From a virus, in the IMG/VR virus record IMGVR_UViG_3300023174_005548, positions 36,572 to 100,571 of that record: a DNA stretch of 64,000 nucleotides, one strand, 5' to 3'. Shown piece by piece: positions 49,501 through 59,074 of this stretch. Numbering within the stretch: position 1 is the first letter of the stretch; the number at the start of each line of letters is the position of its first letter. The notes beneath the pieces are model-generated. The model was given only the letters and a program-made list of their open reading frames with translations. It searched no databases and was not told the origin of the DNA. A program made the translations under genes and the position numbers.

Positions 49501-52048
49501 AATTTCTTGTGCCACCCACAATTGCTGTTCCACTAGAATAACCAGTATTTAAAATTCCTCCACCAATAAATGAGACCTCACCAAATGTGGAATTTTTTAA
49601 TCCACCAACGATAACTGAGTTAATTCCGCTTGCGGTATTACAACTTCCTCCAGCTATTGTACCAACATTACTATTAGCGGTATTGCAATATCCACCGCCA
49701 ACAGTTGTATAGTTTGCTTTTGCAAAATTACAAGCTCCTCCACCAATAGTTGCAGAGATTGCCGTTGCACAATTGCAATATCCTCCACCAACATTTGCAC
49801 AGTCTACTGTTGCACAATTTTTATATCCTCCGCCAACAGTTGAATAGCTTGCTGTTGCATAATTAAAACTTCCTCCTCCAACAGTTGAGTAGAATCCTGT
49901 TGCACCATTATAGCATCCTCCGCCAACAGTTGAATAGTTTGCTGTTGCAAAATTACAAGCTCCTCCACCAATAGTTGCAGAGATTGCCGTTGCACAATTG
50001 CAATATCCTCCACCAACATTTGCACAGGCTGCTGTTGCACAATTTCTATATCCTCCGCCGATAGTTGAACTATATCCTGTTGCGTAATTTCTATATCCTC
50101 CGCCAACAGTTGAATAGATTCCTGTTGCACAATTACATTGTCCTCCACCAACAGTTGCAAGATCTGCTGTATAGTTATATCTTCCTCCACCAACAGTTGA
50201 ATAGATTCCTTTTGCACAATTATTTCTTCCTCCACCAACAGTTGCAGATAATGCTGTTGCACGATTATAATATCCTCCGCCAACAGTTGCAGAGAATTCT
50301 GTTGCGCAATTTCCTCTTCCTCCACCAATAGTTGAATTTAATGCTGTTGCGCAATTGCTTCTTCCTCCACCAATACTTGAGGAGTCTCCTATTGCGCAAT
50401 TATTAATTCCTCCGCCAACATTTGAATAATTTCCTATTGCGCAATTATATCTTCCTCCACCAATACTTGAGGAGTCTCCTATTGCACAATTTCCACATCC
50501 TCCACCAACAATTGAATTTGATCCGATTGCACAGTTATATATTCCACCTCCAATGGTTGAGCAAAGTCCACAAGCATTATTATAGGCTCCTCCTCCAATG
50601 GTTGTATATAGTTGCTTTGCTACGTTTAATCTTCCTCCTCCTATAGTAGAATAACATCCAGATATAATATTCCCTCCTCCTCCTCCAATATTACCATAAC
50701 TGTTTAAAATAAAATTGCAAAGTCCGCCGCCTATAGTAGAACTCGAAAATGCTCCTGTAATAGAATTTTTTCGTCCACCACCTATAGTATTTCCTACGAT
50801 ACTAGCAAATCCTCCACTTATGATATTACTGCAGCCGCCTCCAATTGTGTTATAAATAGATGTATTACTTCCTGTTATAAAATTACGGTGTCCACCTAAA
50901 ATAGCTGATGCACAAGTAAAAACTTTATTACAATATCCACCCCCAACTACGCTTTGACTATTTCCAATAACATTACATGATCCACCACCAATAAATGAAA
51001 GACTTCTGTTGGCAACATTATTTATAATACAATTAGTTTGTCCACCAGCGATTGTATTAGTATTACCTTCAATATAATTTCTATTTCCTCCACCAATAAC
51101 ACTTTGATTACATGCCGTGCCACTGCCTATAGAATTTTTAGTTCCTCCACCAATATAATTAAAATTTCCAGTAATAAAATTACCACTTCCGCCACCAATA
51201 CCATTGTAAGTGCCAAATACAAGACTTTCTAATCCGAAAATTCCAGAAGTTGCATTAACTCTAATTGATGTTATTCCAGAAGCACTAATTTCTGCTACTT
51301 GCCTATCGCTTGTTGTATTATCAACATGAAATTTAATAACTTTACCAGTTGTTTGAGTTCCAATTGTTAAATTTCCACCATGAATATAAAGATATCCATC
51401 ACCACTTCCACCAATATTATAATCAGCTTGGTTATATCCACTATTATTAATTCCAAGATCAAGATAATTTGTTGAATCACTTCCTGCATTACTTGTGATA
51501 ACAAGATCTGATGATGCTGCTGTGCCGCTTGCTTTATTTTGAATATTTAATTGAATATAAGTATTACCACTACCAACAACAGAAAATGGATTAGATGTTA
51601 ATGGAGTATAAGTTGCACTATTCGTCGCTACTATAACATTTCCATCTGTGATTGTTACGTTTGTTCCAGATAATGAAAGATCATTAACGCTATTTAAATT
51701 AATTGCATTAAAAATTCCTGTTCCAGAAATAATTACGTTATTAGCAAAAGTTTTAATGCCAGAAATAGTTTGATTTCCAGTTAAATAAACTACGTCGCCA
51801 GTTATACCTCCACCACCGCCTCCAGCCACTTCACCACTTAAAAGAATTCCTGTTCCATTTACTGTAGGTCTAGGTCCAAGAATATTAAGCTGTACGCCAC
51901 TTAAATTTATTTGACTAAGGTTGTTTATGCTTAATCCAGTACCACCATTATATGTAATGGTATATTGATTAGAATTAATTACATTTTGTACAACTCCACT
52001 GAGTTCTGATTGGTTAATCTGTTTGACTCTAATGAAATTGTCTGCCAT
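46559..52048 (-). CDS. Giant Cys-rich fibre/adhesin with about 15-aa S-T-I-G-G-G-x-x-N beta-roll repeats
   Basis: 1829 aa; dozens of (S/A)x(I/V)GGGxxN units resembling YadA-head-type repeats; C-terminal IIQIGAGQI...KTAGQFATISL fibre-type domain. Confidence 0.8.
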   Translation of the reverse strand: MADNFIRVKQINQSELSGVVQNVINSNQYTITYNGGTGLSINNLSQINLSGVQLNILGPRPTVNGTGILLSGEVAGGGGGGITGDVVYLTGNQTISGIKTFANNVIISGTGIFNAINLNSVNDLSLSGTNVTITDGNVIVATNSATYTPLTSNPFSVVGSGNTYIQLNIQNKASGTAASSDLVITSNAGSDSTNYLDLGINNSGYNQADYNIGGSGDGYLYIHGGNLTIGTQTTGKVIKFHVDNTTSDRQVAEISASGITSIRVNATSGIFGLESLVFGTYNGIGGGSGNFITGNFNYIGGGTKNSIGSGTACNQSVIGGGNRNYIEGNTNTIAGGQTNCIINNVANRSLSFIGGGSCNVIGNSQSVVGGGYCNKVFTCASAILGGHRNFITGSNTSIYNTIGGGCSNIISGGFASIVGNTIGGGRKNSITGAFSSSTIGGGLCNFILNSYGNIGGGGGNIISGCYSTIGGGRLNVAKQLYTTIGGGAYNNACGLCSTIGGGIYNCAIGSNSIVGGGCGNCAIGDSSSIGGGRYNCAIGNYSNVGGGINNCAIGDSSSIGGGRSNCATALNSTIGGGRGNCATEFSATVGGGYYNRATALSATVGGGRNNCAKGIYSTVGGGRYNYTADLATVGGGQCNCATGIYSTVGGGYRNYATGYSSTIGGGYRNCATAACANVGGGYCNCATAISATIGGGACNFATANYSTVGGGCYNGATGFYSTVGGGSFNYATASYSTVGGGYKNCATVDCANVGGGYCNCATAISATIGGGACNFAKANYTTVGGGYCNTANSNVGTIAGGSCNTASGINSVIVGGLKNSTFGEVSFIGGGILNTGYSSGTAIVGGTRNFVSGKESFIGGGFKNCLVQEYGFIGGGYKNYISGEPGVNLSTIVNGSSNSISGSYSFIGGGGNNYITTNQAFIGGGGQNSTIGCNSVVVGGTCNSIIGVTNACAAHSIIVGGCCNLIVNANRSFIGGGYRNKVLPRCASIVGGMDNLITGSNTNNSVYTFIGGGCTNCITGNSSYAAINGGGCNTITCFSSAGFIGAGLFNKLDSASYSVIGGGHTNTICNLGNIGTCSFLGGGERNAITGAYNFIGGGARNTIETDRSVIVGGVSNYIYSGLSTTGSSIVGGQFNTISGGFAFIGGGNFNCILSDFSTIGGGLSNYIDNNAGVGSYSTIGGGQSNFVSGFSSTIAGGNTNTANSCCSFIGGGNLHLNNGINGVIGGGCCNYIVAAGGANSSSSSTIAGGILNLIDRSCWATIGGGRNNKISTRCSTIAGGVSNIITGSTAVSQSIYSFIGGGSANCISGINNGAVIGGGASNCIVNSSTTATIGGGAANKIFDGQYSVIAGGTINTICNPNANNVLYSTIGGGFRNVITGCQSFIGGGGDNIIETEKSVIVGGTNNYIYSGTTSGASIVGGAFNTISGEFSFVGGGQCNFITGSWATIGGGASNCITSSTSTVGQTIGGGVCNYISGSWSTIAGGVCNSGNGNYISIGGGAFNCSNVGLSVIAGGNQNCIGSSACASFIGGGAANLICHACSTIDGGLCNRLFGHYSVIGGGRVNVITGSAVSTQNTHHVIAGGCLNCISGTTCGGVIGGGQCNILNQAPVSTIGGGWSNSITGSLYATIAGGVCNRLERVSNASSIAGGFNNIISGSCSSIFAGRANTIYGANTSTILGGVRNTILTGHDSSTILGDGEDRDKYSYSPSSLTIDFSSGVYFADKKVFGAVPDLNNVTANFPISGIYNGEMILANSATTITGVIASGNVTGFNTSIIQIGAGQIQITGSGIGITIGSYSSQYKTAGQFATISLLHTGSNGYIMYGNTSS
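49680..50660. repeat. 45-bp-unit tandem repeat array within the fibre gene
   Basis: Near-identical cctcc(a/g)ccaacagttg units; an 83-bp stretch is identical at 49720-49802 and 49945-50027 (offset 225 = 5 x 45). Confidence 0.9.
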
Positions 52049-52051
52049 ACC

Positions 52052-53992
52052 TTATTCCTTTGAGCTATTATCTTTACTGTGATAAAGTATACTAGCTATA
52101 TAAGTATCTACACCATGTTCCGCTGCAATTGTTTGAATATCTGAAATTTTATCAAGATTTTTATCTTTAGGGTTTTTTACGTATTCATCTATTACAGAAT
52201 CCCAAGTCTCTGGATTTTCATTTGAAGCAATAACTTTAACTATTTCAAATGCAACTTCTTTTTGTTGCTTAGATAGTTTACGAAGAGAATGTTTTTCTCT
52301 TAAAGAGGCTTCTACTTTTTCTTGCAACTTTGAAGCAAGCACGAAATTATCTTTAATTTTTTCTATACTAAATAGTGAAGCTTTAGATTGTTTACCTTGA
52401 CCTTTTGGATTAATATTTTTTGTACTTTGAGGAATTCCTGTTGATCCAGATGGTCTTCCGGGTTCTGAACCCATTTTAGCTCCACCAATAAGTGGTTGAT
52501 AAAGACCCTGATCTTTTAATTCTCTAAATTTTTCTTGAGAAGTAATTGATTCTTCATTTTCTGGTAGTTTACCAGATTCAATCGCAGTAATGCCTTCTTC
52601 TGGAGTCAAGATTCCAAGTTCCATTAGTCTTGTATAAATTCTAGAATATTGAACATCATCTTTAAGATCAATATCTTCAAAAAATGGAGTTGGATAATTT
52701 TTAAAACCAAGATCTCTGCTAATTCTTCTGATTTCTGGATACAAGAAATTATTCAAGAAAGCTTCTCTAGCTTGTTTTAATCTTTCGATAAATACTTGGA
52801 CCTTCATGCTTCCATTAGCAAACTTATCATTTCCAATAAGGATATTATTTAAACCAACTAAAATATCTCTATCAACAACTTCATATTTTTCTGGTCCCAT
52901 TAAATTACCAATATCTGGAATTACAAATTGTGCTTTTGTTGTATAGTCTGCAATTAGAACACGACCAATACTTTGATTGGTGAATAATCCTTGCATCGCT
53001 TCAAGATTCTTTTGATTAACTCCACCTTTATCCGGATCTGTTCCCATTGTTACTAATAAAACAATTTGTTGTAATGAGCGAGCAACAGCCATATCCATCT
53101 TTTTCATTTCCGCTTTCCAATTAATATCTTCAAGAACTGGGAATCCCATTGGAACTGCAAATGGCTCATAATCTTGCTTTTTATAAAATACAGCGCAAAG
53201 TCTATCGCGATCTAGTGGCAAGGTCAAAATACCAACTCTAGTTTTTGTAATAAGTTTTTGTGTTTCTGGTGGCAGACTTTCCAAGACTTCTTTATCTTCT
53301 GGAGTCTTTGGAGCTTTTAATCTTTCCAATTCGTAATCTGTTAAGATTTTATAATATCTTCCAACTGAGAAATTAATTGTTCCACCAATTTGAACGTCAG
53401 CAGGATTAATGATATTATATCTTGCTGGCAACATAACATCCGCAGCTTTAGCAGATAATCCGAAAGTTTGAGTAATTCTATTAACATCTTCTGGTTTAAT
53501 TTTTGTATCAAAACGATAAATAAATACATTGCCACTTCGATAATATTCACGGAAAAATTGATCAAGCAAATCAAATATATTTATTTTCTTTAACCATGCG
53601 CTAAAGAAGTCTCTGCTCTTTTGACTTCCGCCCTTAAAGTAAATATTACTGCAAGAAAATTCTGTCATCAAATCAATAGTATTTCTGAATACTGCAAAGT
53701 TATAATAGCATTTTTGACAAAGAATGACCGCATCACGGACATTCATATTAGAGCTATTTGATATGCCAGTTGAATATCTAAAAGGGATTAATCCGCTATC
53801 AATATTTTTGTATCTATCTGTTCTGATAATATCAGCTGATGCGTTTCTTCTAGTTTGGGTATGAGAGGCATCCATTGAATCAGAGCCATAAGCGGCCGCT
53901 TTAGTCTCATAAGTAGAGGCATCTGACACCATTAGCGGTTGGATTTCTTCACTTTTTACGATTTTTTCTTCTTTTTTAGATTTTTTAGCCAT
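52052..53992 (-). CDS. Portal protein
   Basis: 646 aa directly downstream of terL; FRNTIDLMTEF, FFREYYRSGNVF and KQDYEPFAVP patterns; large-phage portal layout. Confidence 0.8.
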   Translation of the reverse strand: MAKKSKKEEKIVKSEEIQPLMVSDASTYETKAAAYGSDSMDASHTQTRRNASADIIRTDRYKNIDSGLIPFRYSTGISNSSNMNVRDAVILCQKCYYNFAVFRNTIDLMTEFSCSNIYFKGGSQKSRDFFSAWLKKINIFDLLDQFFREYYRSGNVFIYRFDTKIKPEDVNRITQTFGLSAKAADVMLPARYNIINPADVQIGGTINFSVGRYYKILTDYELERLKAPKTPEDKEVLESLPPETQKLITKTRVGILTLPLDRDRLCAVFYKKQDYEPFAVPMGFPVLEDINWKAEMKKMDMAVARSLQQIVLLVTMGTDPDKGGVNQKNLEAMQGLFTNQSIGRVLIADYTTKAQFVIPDIGNLMGPEKYEVVDRDILVGLNNILIGNDKFANGSMKVQVFIERLKQAREAFLNNFLYPEIRRISRDLGFKNYPTPFFEDIDLKDDVQYSRIYTRLMELGILTPEEGITAIESGKLPENEESITSQEKFRELKDQGLYQPLIGGAKMGSEPGRPSGSTGIPQSTKNINPKGQGKQSKASLFSIEKIKDNFVLASKLQEKVEASLREKHSLRKLSKQQKEVAFEIVKVIASNENPETWDSVIDEYVKNPKDKNLDKISDIQTIAAEHGVDTYIASILYHSKDNSSKE

Positions 53993-54014
53993 TTTTATTC
54001 CTAAATATTACACA

Positions 54015-55859
54015 TTATCTGATCATAATAGGCGAAAAAGTAGCTTCTGCCTGTACGATTTGAACGGTCATCATATCATTATAGCATTTTATAGCCCAAT
54101 TTGCCAACATAAATGCTGAATAATTGTCTTTTCTGGCTTTATTTGCTGATGCGCTTCTTTTTAAATGTTGGGGTAAATCAAAACTTTGAGTACCACGGCT
54201 AGTAGCTGAATGTTCAATTAATACGCATTGTTTTTTCGTCTGATAGATAAAGTCGTCTTGATTTTCAATAAAGTCTAAAACTGTCCAATCCTTCTTATCA
54301 TCTACTTTCATTAAATCGAATGGTATATTTAAACCTACTGTTTGATTAAATGAGGCTTCATCTGATGCTGTTCTACTTGCAAACCATACTCTTTTATAAT
54401 CAATACAAGCTTGTAGATATTCATTTGCTTTACGAATAAATGTGCTTGTAAATACTTGATTAAATGCTATTCTTTTATCATCTAAATTATATCTATTTTT
54501 AGCATTTTTAATCATTAAGTCATAATCTACGCCTTCTAAATCTGAGTCTATATCTAATGTTTTAATTTCTAATTTATGATCTTTAAATAAAGTAGATTGA
54601 TTACATGCAGATAAAAATGTATCAGCGCCAGCATTATCAAGAATCATAAATACAATATTAAAATTAGTTAAAATATAATAAAGATAATTAACATGATTTT
54701 TTAAATTACCAAGACCTGCATAAGTATGAACTAAAATACCTTGACCCTTTTCTTCGTCTAATTCCATAACTGCCATAGCAAAATAATCTGCATTAGGACT
54801 GTCACTCATATTAGGATCAATGCCAAGAATATATTTTTTCTTAGGATCGCCCTTCATTAAAGTATGAGGTGCTTCTCCAGTTTTTAATGTACATTCTTCC
54901 ATCTTCTTTGCGTTAAAATAACTATCACTACCATCTGTGAATTGCGCGCAATATTCTCGTAAGAATCCACTATGACTTGACCCACCAGCTTGAGCTTCTT
55001 CAATAATTGTTTTGTCAATCATTTCTTCTGGAAGAGCTTCGTAACTTAATTGACTAACAAAATATGTGGCTTCACCTTTTTCTGGACTATTAATTTTCTC
55101 GCACCATTCATTATAAGTTTTATAAAGATTTTCAAATGTATAGCTTGCAGATGAAAGAGCAATCATCTTACTTGTATTTTCAAATACCATTCTATCTTCT
55201 TCTTTCATTATTCCTTCTGATATTAACTTGTCTTCAAATTCACGAATCTCCATTCGTTCTTTCATGTTCTGTGGTGCTACTAAGAATGGCATTAAAACAT
55301 TTTTGATAATTTCTTCTGGAAGCAAAAGGAACTCATCAAGCACTAAAATGTTGGCTCGGAAGCCTCGAATTTTTTCTCCATTAAGAGGAATAGCAACAAT
55401 GCTGCCACCATTAATTTGCCATTCAAATTGATCATTTCTTTTAGCTTTTGCACCAAAACATTGAGCTAATAATTCTGCTCCTTTACTATCTACAATTTTT
55501 TCTAGATTATTAAAAATAAAACGAGCAGTTCTAAATGTTGGACCAGCAATTAAAATTTTAGTATTAGGTTCAAATACACATTGAAGAAAACAAAATACTG
55601 CCGCCATAAATGATTTACCACAACCACGACCAAAGACGCACATATTAAAATTTCTATTCATTAAAGCTTTAAGATGTAATTCTTGATATGAAGCTAACTT
55701 AACTCCGCTAATAAGTTCTGTTGTAAATCCTAAGTTAGCTCTTAAAAATTTTGCAAGACTTATTTTAGCCTCTTTATCATTAAGAAACCCTTTAAGTTGA
55801 GATAACTCAGCATTAACATCCTTGACTTCTCTTAAATATTTATCTGGACAGTATATCAT
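54015..55859 (-). CDS. terL: Terminase large subunit
   Basis: Walker A GRGCGKS, PTFRTA, RGFRANILVLDE Walker B, ALSSA coupling motif, RNase H-like ILGIDP and C-terminal RKDNYSA. Confidence 0.93.
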   Translation of the reverse strand: MIYCPDKYLREVKDVNAELSQLKGFLNDKEAKISLAKFLRANLGFTTELISGVKLASYQELHLKALMNRNFNMCVFGRGCGKSFMAAVFCFLQCVFEPNTKILIAGPTFRTARFIFNNLEKIVDSKGAELLAQCFGAKAKRNDQFEWQINGGSIVAIPLNGEKIRGFRANILVLDEFLLLPEEIIKNVLMPFLVAPQNMKERMEIREFEDKLISEGIMKEEDRMVFENTSKMIALSSASYTFENLYKTYNEWCEKINSPEKGEATYFVSQLSYEALPEEMIDKTIIEEAQAGGSSHSGFLREYCAQFTDGSDSYFNAKKMEECTLKTGEAPHTLMKGDPKKKYILGIDPNMSDSPNADYFAMAVMELDEEKGQGILVHTYAGLGNLKNHVNYLYYILTNFNIVFMILDNAGADTFLSACNQSTLFKDHKLEIKTLDIDSDLEGVDYDLMIKNAKNRYNLDDKRIAFNQVFTSTFIRKANEYLQACIDYKRVWFASRTASDEASFNQTVGLNIPFDLMKVDDKKDWTVLDFIENQDDFIYQTKKQCVLIEHSATSRGTQSFDLPQHLKRSASANKARKDNYSAFMLANWAIKCYNDMMTVQIVQAEATFSPIMIR

Positions 55860-56791
55860 AAAAGTTTCATGTCATAAGCTAATTGAAGATCTATCTTCTT
55901 GTAAAAACAATTACTTGCAAAAATAGATTCAATTATTCTAGTCATCTCTCCTCTACCATCAACAAATAGAAATTGTAAATTATCATAACTTTGTAAAAGC
56001 TCTCGCACATTATGAAATATATATTCTGGTGTTGCTTTTATTTTTTTACTAATATGAGGAAGATATTGAAAACTTAGAGCGCTAGTTAATTTTTCTTCTA
56101 CCATAACAATGATATAAGAGTTATTTTTTTTAGCCTTCTCAATTTCATTTTTAAATCTATCAAAGTTCTTGACGCTAAGAGTACTAATAAAATCGCTAAG
56201 ACTTTTTCTTTCTATAAAACATCCACAATTATCATTTGAGCAAGCGTAATCTCCAAATCCAAGAGTCTTAATTTCAAAAGGCGTATTGAATTTAAGCCAG
56301 CTTTGCTCACGAGTATCAACATAGATTGTATATTTGTTTGTTAATTTGTTTTTGAAATGATCTTCTACAAGATTAGGATGAATGAATTTATTCTCTAGAC
56401 CGATAGATGAACAAATGTCATAATAATCTTTAAATATAGTATTATAAAATATAATAGATGGAGCCATGATTGTTCTAAGCTCAACTTGAGTTGGTGAATA
56501 TGTAAGATTTTTAACTTCTTTTCTTTTGATTAATAATTTTTTACAATACTCTTCAGCTTTCTCTGGAGTTTGGGCTTTTAACCATTTCTTCATATTATTC
56601 TTGTCATTGAAATCGCTATTTAAATATTGTTCTTTAGTTTTAAAATTAATTAACTCATTGGTTAATAAGTCTCTACGCTCAAAATACTTTTGATAGTATT
56701 TAACTTTGTTGAGGCCATATCCTTTTAAAGCCATATGAAGAGCTTTATCATCTCTAAATTCTTTACCATCAACTTTACATATAACTGACAT
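55856..56791 (-). CDS. ERCC4/XPF-family nuclease domain protein
   Basis: YVDTREQ...TLGFGDY...IERKSLSDFISTL...RFKNEI, the ERCC4 GDxnERKx3D signature; N-terminal extension. Confidence 0.85.
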   Translation of the reverse strand: MSVICKVDGKEFRDDKALHMALKGYGLNKVKYYQKYFERRDLLTNELINFKTKEQYLNSDFNDKNNMKKWLKAQTPEKAEEYCKKLLIKRKEVKNLTYSPTQVELRTIMAPSIIFYNTIFKDYYDICSSIGLENKFIHPNLVEDHFKNKLTNKYTIYVDTREQSWLKFNTPFEIKTLGFGDYACSNDNCGCFIERKSLSDFISTLSVKNFDRFKNEIEKAKKNNSYIIVMVEEKLTSALSFQYLPHISKKIKATPEYIFHNVRELLQSYDNLQFLFVDGRGEMTRIIESIFASNCFYKKIDLQLAYDMKLL

Positions 56792-56794
56792 AAA

Positions 56795-57889
56795 TTATCC
56801 GTTCAATATTTCGTCTCTAGATATTCCTAGTATTTTGCATTTAACTTCTTCCATTGTAGATAGTCTGTTGATTTCTTTTTCTAAAACTTCCTTTCTCATT
56901 TCAGCCATTTTTAATAGTTTTGCTCTACTTTCTTCTTCTTTCCACATCTGAACAAGATTAATAACTGAGGCTGTTTCTTTAACTTGTTTACTAAGTCTTT
57001 CGCTACGCTTTACTTTAAGATCATTATTTAATTTTTGTTGACGATTAACGCAATCGTTGTACTCTTTGCGAGCAGTATTGCTTGCTTCTACAAGAGCCAT
57101 TGGAATTTTACCGTCTTCTTGGATTGCTATATCAATTTGATCTTGTAATATAGTAATTGTTTGTTGAATATTAGAAGATATTAATACTTCTGTGCAAAGT
57201 ACAATATATTGATCAACTTCTTCTTGAGTTAAGTCTCCCTTATTGTATGTATATCTTATAAAACTACTTTCAAATAATTCGCGGTCTGGTTCATTATCAT
57301 AAAGATTAATTTGATGAATAAATCTATGAGTATTCATATAACCAATAAGTGCATTAATTTCTCTTTTTTGAGCGTGAGTTATTTTTGTTTTATCAATACC
57401 GTCAAGAACATATTTATTAATTTTTGCTATAGTTCTTTCTTCGCTACGAGGTGGTTTATAAACTCCATTAACAACTTCTTCATTTTCAGTATTATTAAAT
57501 TTTATATTACTTGGTATAATTTTCATATATTCAAGAACGCTTCTTGTTTCTTGAGATAGATTTGTTAATGTTTCATTTTTAAATAAAATTTTTGCCATCT
57601 CTAATCCAGTCATTGTATGGCAATTGTTACTAATATATTCTTTTTGATCGTTATCTAATTCTTTGAGACCTTTCGCTTGATATTCGTGGCTTTTTCTTGG
57701 TTTAATAGATCTGGACGCTAAAAATTCCTTAACAGCTTTACCTTCTTTACTTCTTCCATCAAGATCATCTCTATCAAAAGCTAACTTAACCAATTCAACT
57801 AATGATGGTGGATTATCTGGACGATTATTCCATTCATTCAATAATTTTAATTGTTGCTCTTCTGTTAGTTCTGGTAAATTTTCGCTCAT
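56795..57889 (-). CDS. Probable terminase small subunit
   Basis: Helical/coiled-coil protein of 364 aa, two genes upstream of terL; positional inference only. Confidence 0.4.
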   Translation of the reverse strand: MSENLPELTEEQQLKLLNEWNNRPDNPPSLVELVKLAFDRDDLDGRSKEGKAVKEFLASRSIKPRKSHEYQAKGLKELDNDQKEYISNNCHTMTGLEMAKILFKNETLTNLSQETRSVLEYMKIIPSNIKFNNTENEEVVNGVYKPPRSEERTIAKINKYVLDGIDKTKITHAQKREINALIGYMNTHRFIHQINLYDNEPDRELFESSFIRYTYNKGDLTQEEVDQYIVLCTEVLISSNIQQTITILQDQIDIAIQEDGKIPMALVEASNTARKEYNDCVNRQQKLNNDLKVKRSERLSKQVKETASVINLVQMWKEEESRAKLLKMAEMRKEVLEKEINRLSTMEEVKCKILGISRDEILNG

Positions 57890-57890
57890 A

Positions 57891-58571
57891 TTAGTGGATA
57901 TCTATATCTCCGTTATAGAGATGTTTTTTAACTTTTACTATAATAATCTTTTTAATATTTTTAATTTGTTTATATCCTGCGATTCTATTCTTTTCGCTTG
58001 TTCTATATCCCATTAATTTTGCTGTTTGTTCTTCATCTTTACCTTCGATGTATAAGTGTTGATATACTTTCCATTCAATTGGCTTTAAAACTTTTTGCAT
58101 TTTAGTATGAATATTCTCTGCGGTTTTTTCCATATTAAAATTATCTGTTGGTTTGTCATTAATTTCTTGATGATGATTTTCTATGCTAAGAGTTAATTTT
58201 GTATCGTGAGCATTCTTTTTACTCTTTTCCCAATTTGCATATAATGGACAATTATTACATTGACTAGAATAAATAGCGCAACCATCATCTCCTTCGGCCG
58301 CTGCACATTTAAGACAAGGGCGGGTAAAATTACTATAATTATTTCTAATTAAATTCTTAATTTGGTTGCTTATGATTCTATTAACCCAAGGCGCAAGAGG
58401 TTTTTTAGGATCATAAAGATGCCATTTCTTATAGATATGTATTCGCAGGATTTGCGATACATCGCTAAAATCCATCCAATTAATTGCTGTTAAATTCCAT
58501 TTATTTTTTCTTTTAATAATTTCAGAATTTATTGAATCAATTAAGCTCTCAAAGGTTGGCTTTTTAGCCAT
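57891..58571 (-). CDS. Phage sigma70/ECF-like sigma factor with a Cys-rich insert
   Basis: Region 2-like DFSDVSQILRIHIYKKWHLYDPKKPLAPWVNRIISNQIKNLIR; region 4-like LKPIEWKVYQHLYIEGKDEEQTAKLMG; CxxC-x7-C-x6-CxxC linker. Confidence 0.75.
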   Translation of the reverse strand: MAKKPTFESLIDSINSEIIKRKNKWNLTAINWMDFSDVSQILRIHIYKKWHLYDPKKPLAPWVNRIISNQIKNLIRNNYSNFTRPCLKCAAAEGDDGCAIYSSQCNNCPLYANWEKSKKNAHDTKLTLSIENHHQEINDKPTDNFNMEKTAENIHTKMQKVLKPIEWKVYQHLYIEGKDEEQTAKLMGYRTSEKNRIAGYKQIKNIKKIIIVKVKKHLYNGDIDIH

Positions 58572-59031
58572 CTTTGCGTCCTCGTGAGGAACGTATGCAT
58601 CCAGCTTCTCTTTGGAAGTCTTCTAAAAATTTCTTTCGATCTGCTTTTGTTACTGTTTTACCTTTAATCTTTTCTCTTTTTTGCGGACTTCTTGCGCTAC
58701 CAATAATATCTCCAATTTTAGTTTTAGATTGAGTTGTAGCATGTCCTTGGTCAATTTCAACATCTAATCTACGAATTGATGGCATTTTAGTAACATCATC
58801 TTCTTGATCATCAAAATCAGGATCTGTATCTTCATCTTGTGTGTTTGTTGCTTTTTGTAATCTTGGAGAAATCTTATTGGGTGCAACTGGTTTGTCGGCT
58901 GTTGGTTTTTGAAGCAAGACTTTATTAACAACTAGTTTATCAAAGGATGTTCCGCATGAACTGCAAAATTTTGGTTTAGAAGCTGAATAACTAGTTGGAC
59001 TACCACATTCTGTACAATATAATTTTAGCAT
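58564..59031 (-). CDS. Zinc-ribbon protein
   Basis: YCTECG...KFCSSCG. Confidence 0.75.
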   Translation of the reverse strand: MLKLYCTECGSPTSYSASKPKFCSSCGTSFDKLVVNKVLLQKPTADKPVAPNKISPRLQKATNTQDEDTDPDFDDQEDDVTKMPSIRRLDVEIDQGHATTQSKTKIGDIIGSARSPQKREKIKGKTVTKADRKKFLEDFQREAGCIRSSRGRKDG

Positions 59032-59038
59032 AATACTA

Positions 59039-59067
59039 ATTATACTTAAAATTAATTAAAATTTCAA
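59039..59067 (-). promoter_or_regulatory. Sigma70-type leaderless promoter for the Zn-ribbon/sigma/terminase operon
   Basis: TTGAAA-17 nt-TATAAT-7 nt-ATG. Confidence 0.75.
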
Positions 59068-59074
59068 TATTTAA

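Noticed and set aside
49804-50328. 174-aa Q/E/L-rich alternative-frame ORF, and plus-strand ORFs 50065..50331 and 50422..50646
   Set aside because: Frame-shifted or antisense shadows of the 45-bp repeat array in the fibre gene; no RBS or promoter
49680-50660. CRISPR array or DGR template/variable repeat
   Set aside because: The repeats are in-frame coding units without unique spacers; differences are not adenine-specific; no cas or reverse transcriptase gene in the window
54015-55859. Intein or intron in terminase (also checked in portal and capsid)
   Set aside because: Lengths are ordinary, motifs are contiguous, and there is no C...HN splice motif or LAGLIDADG insert
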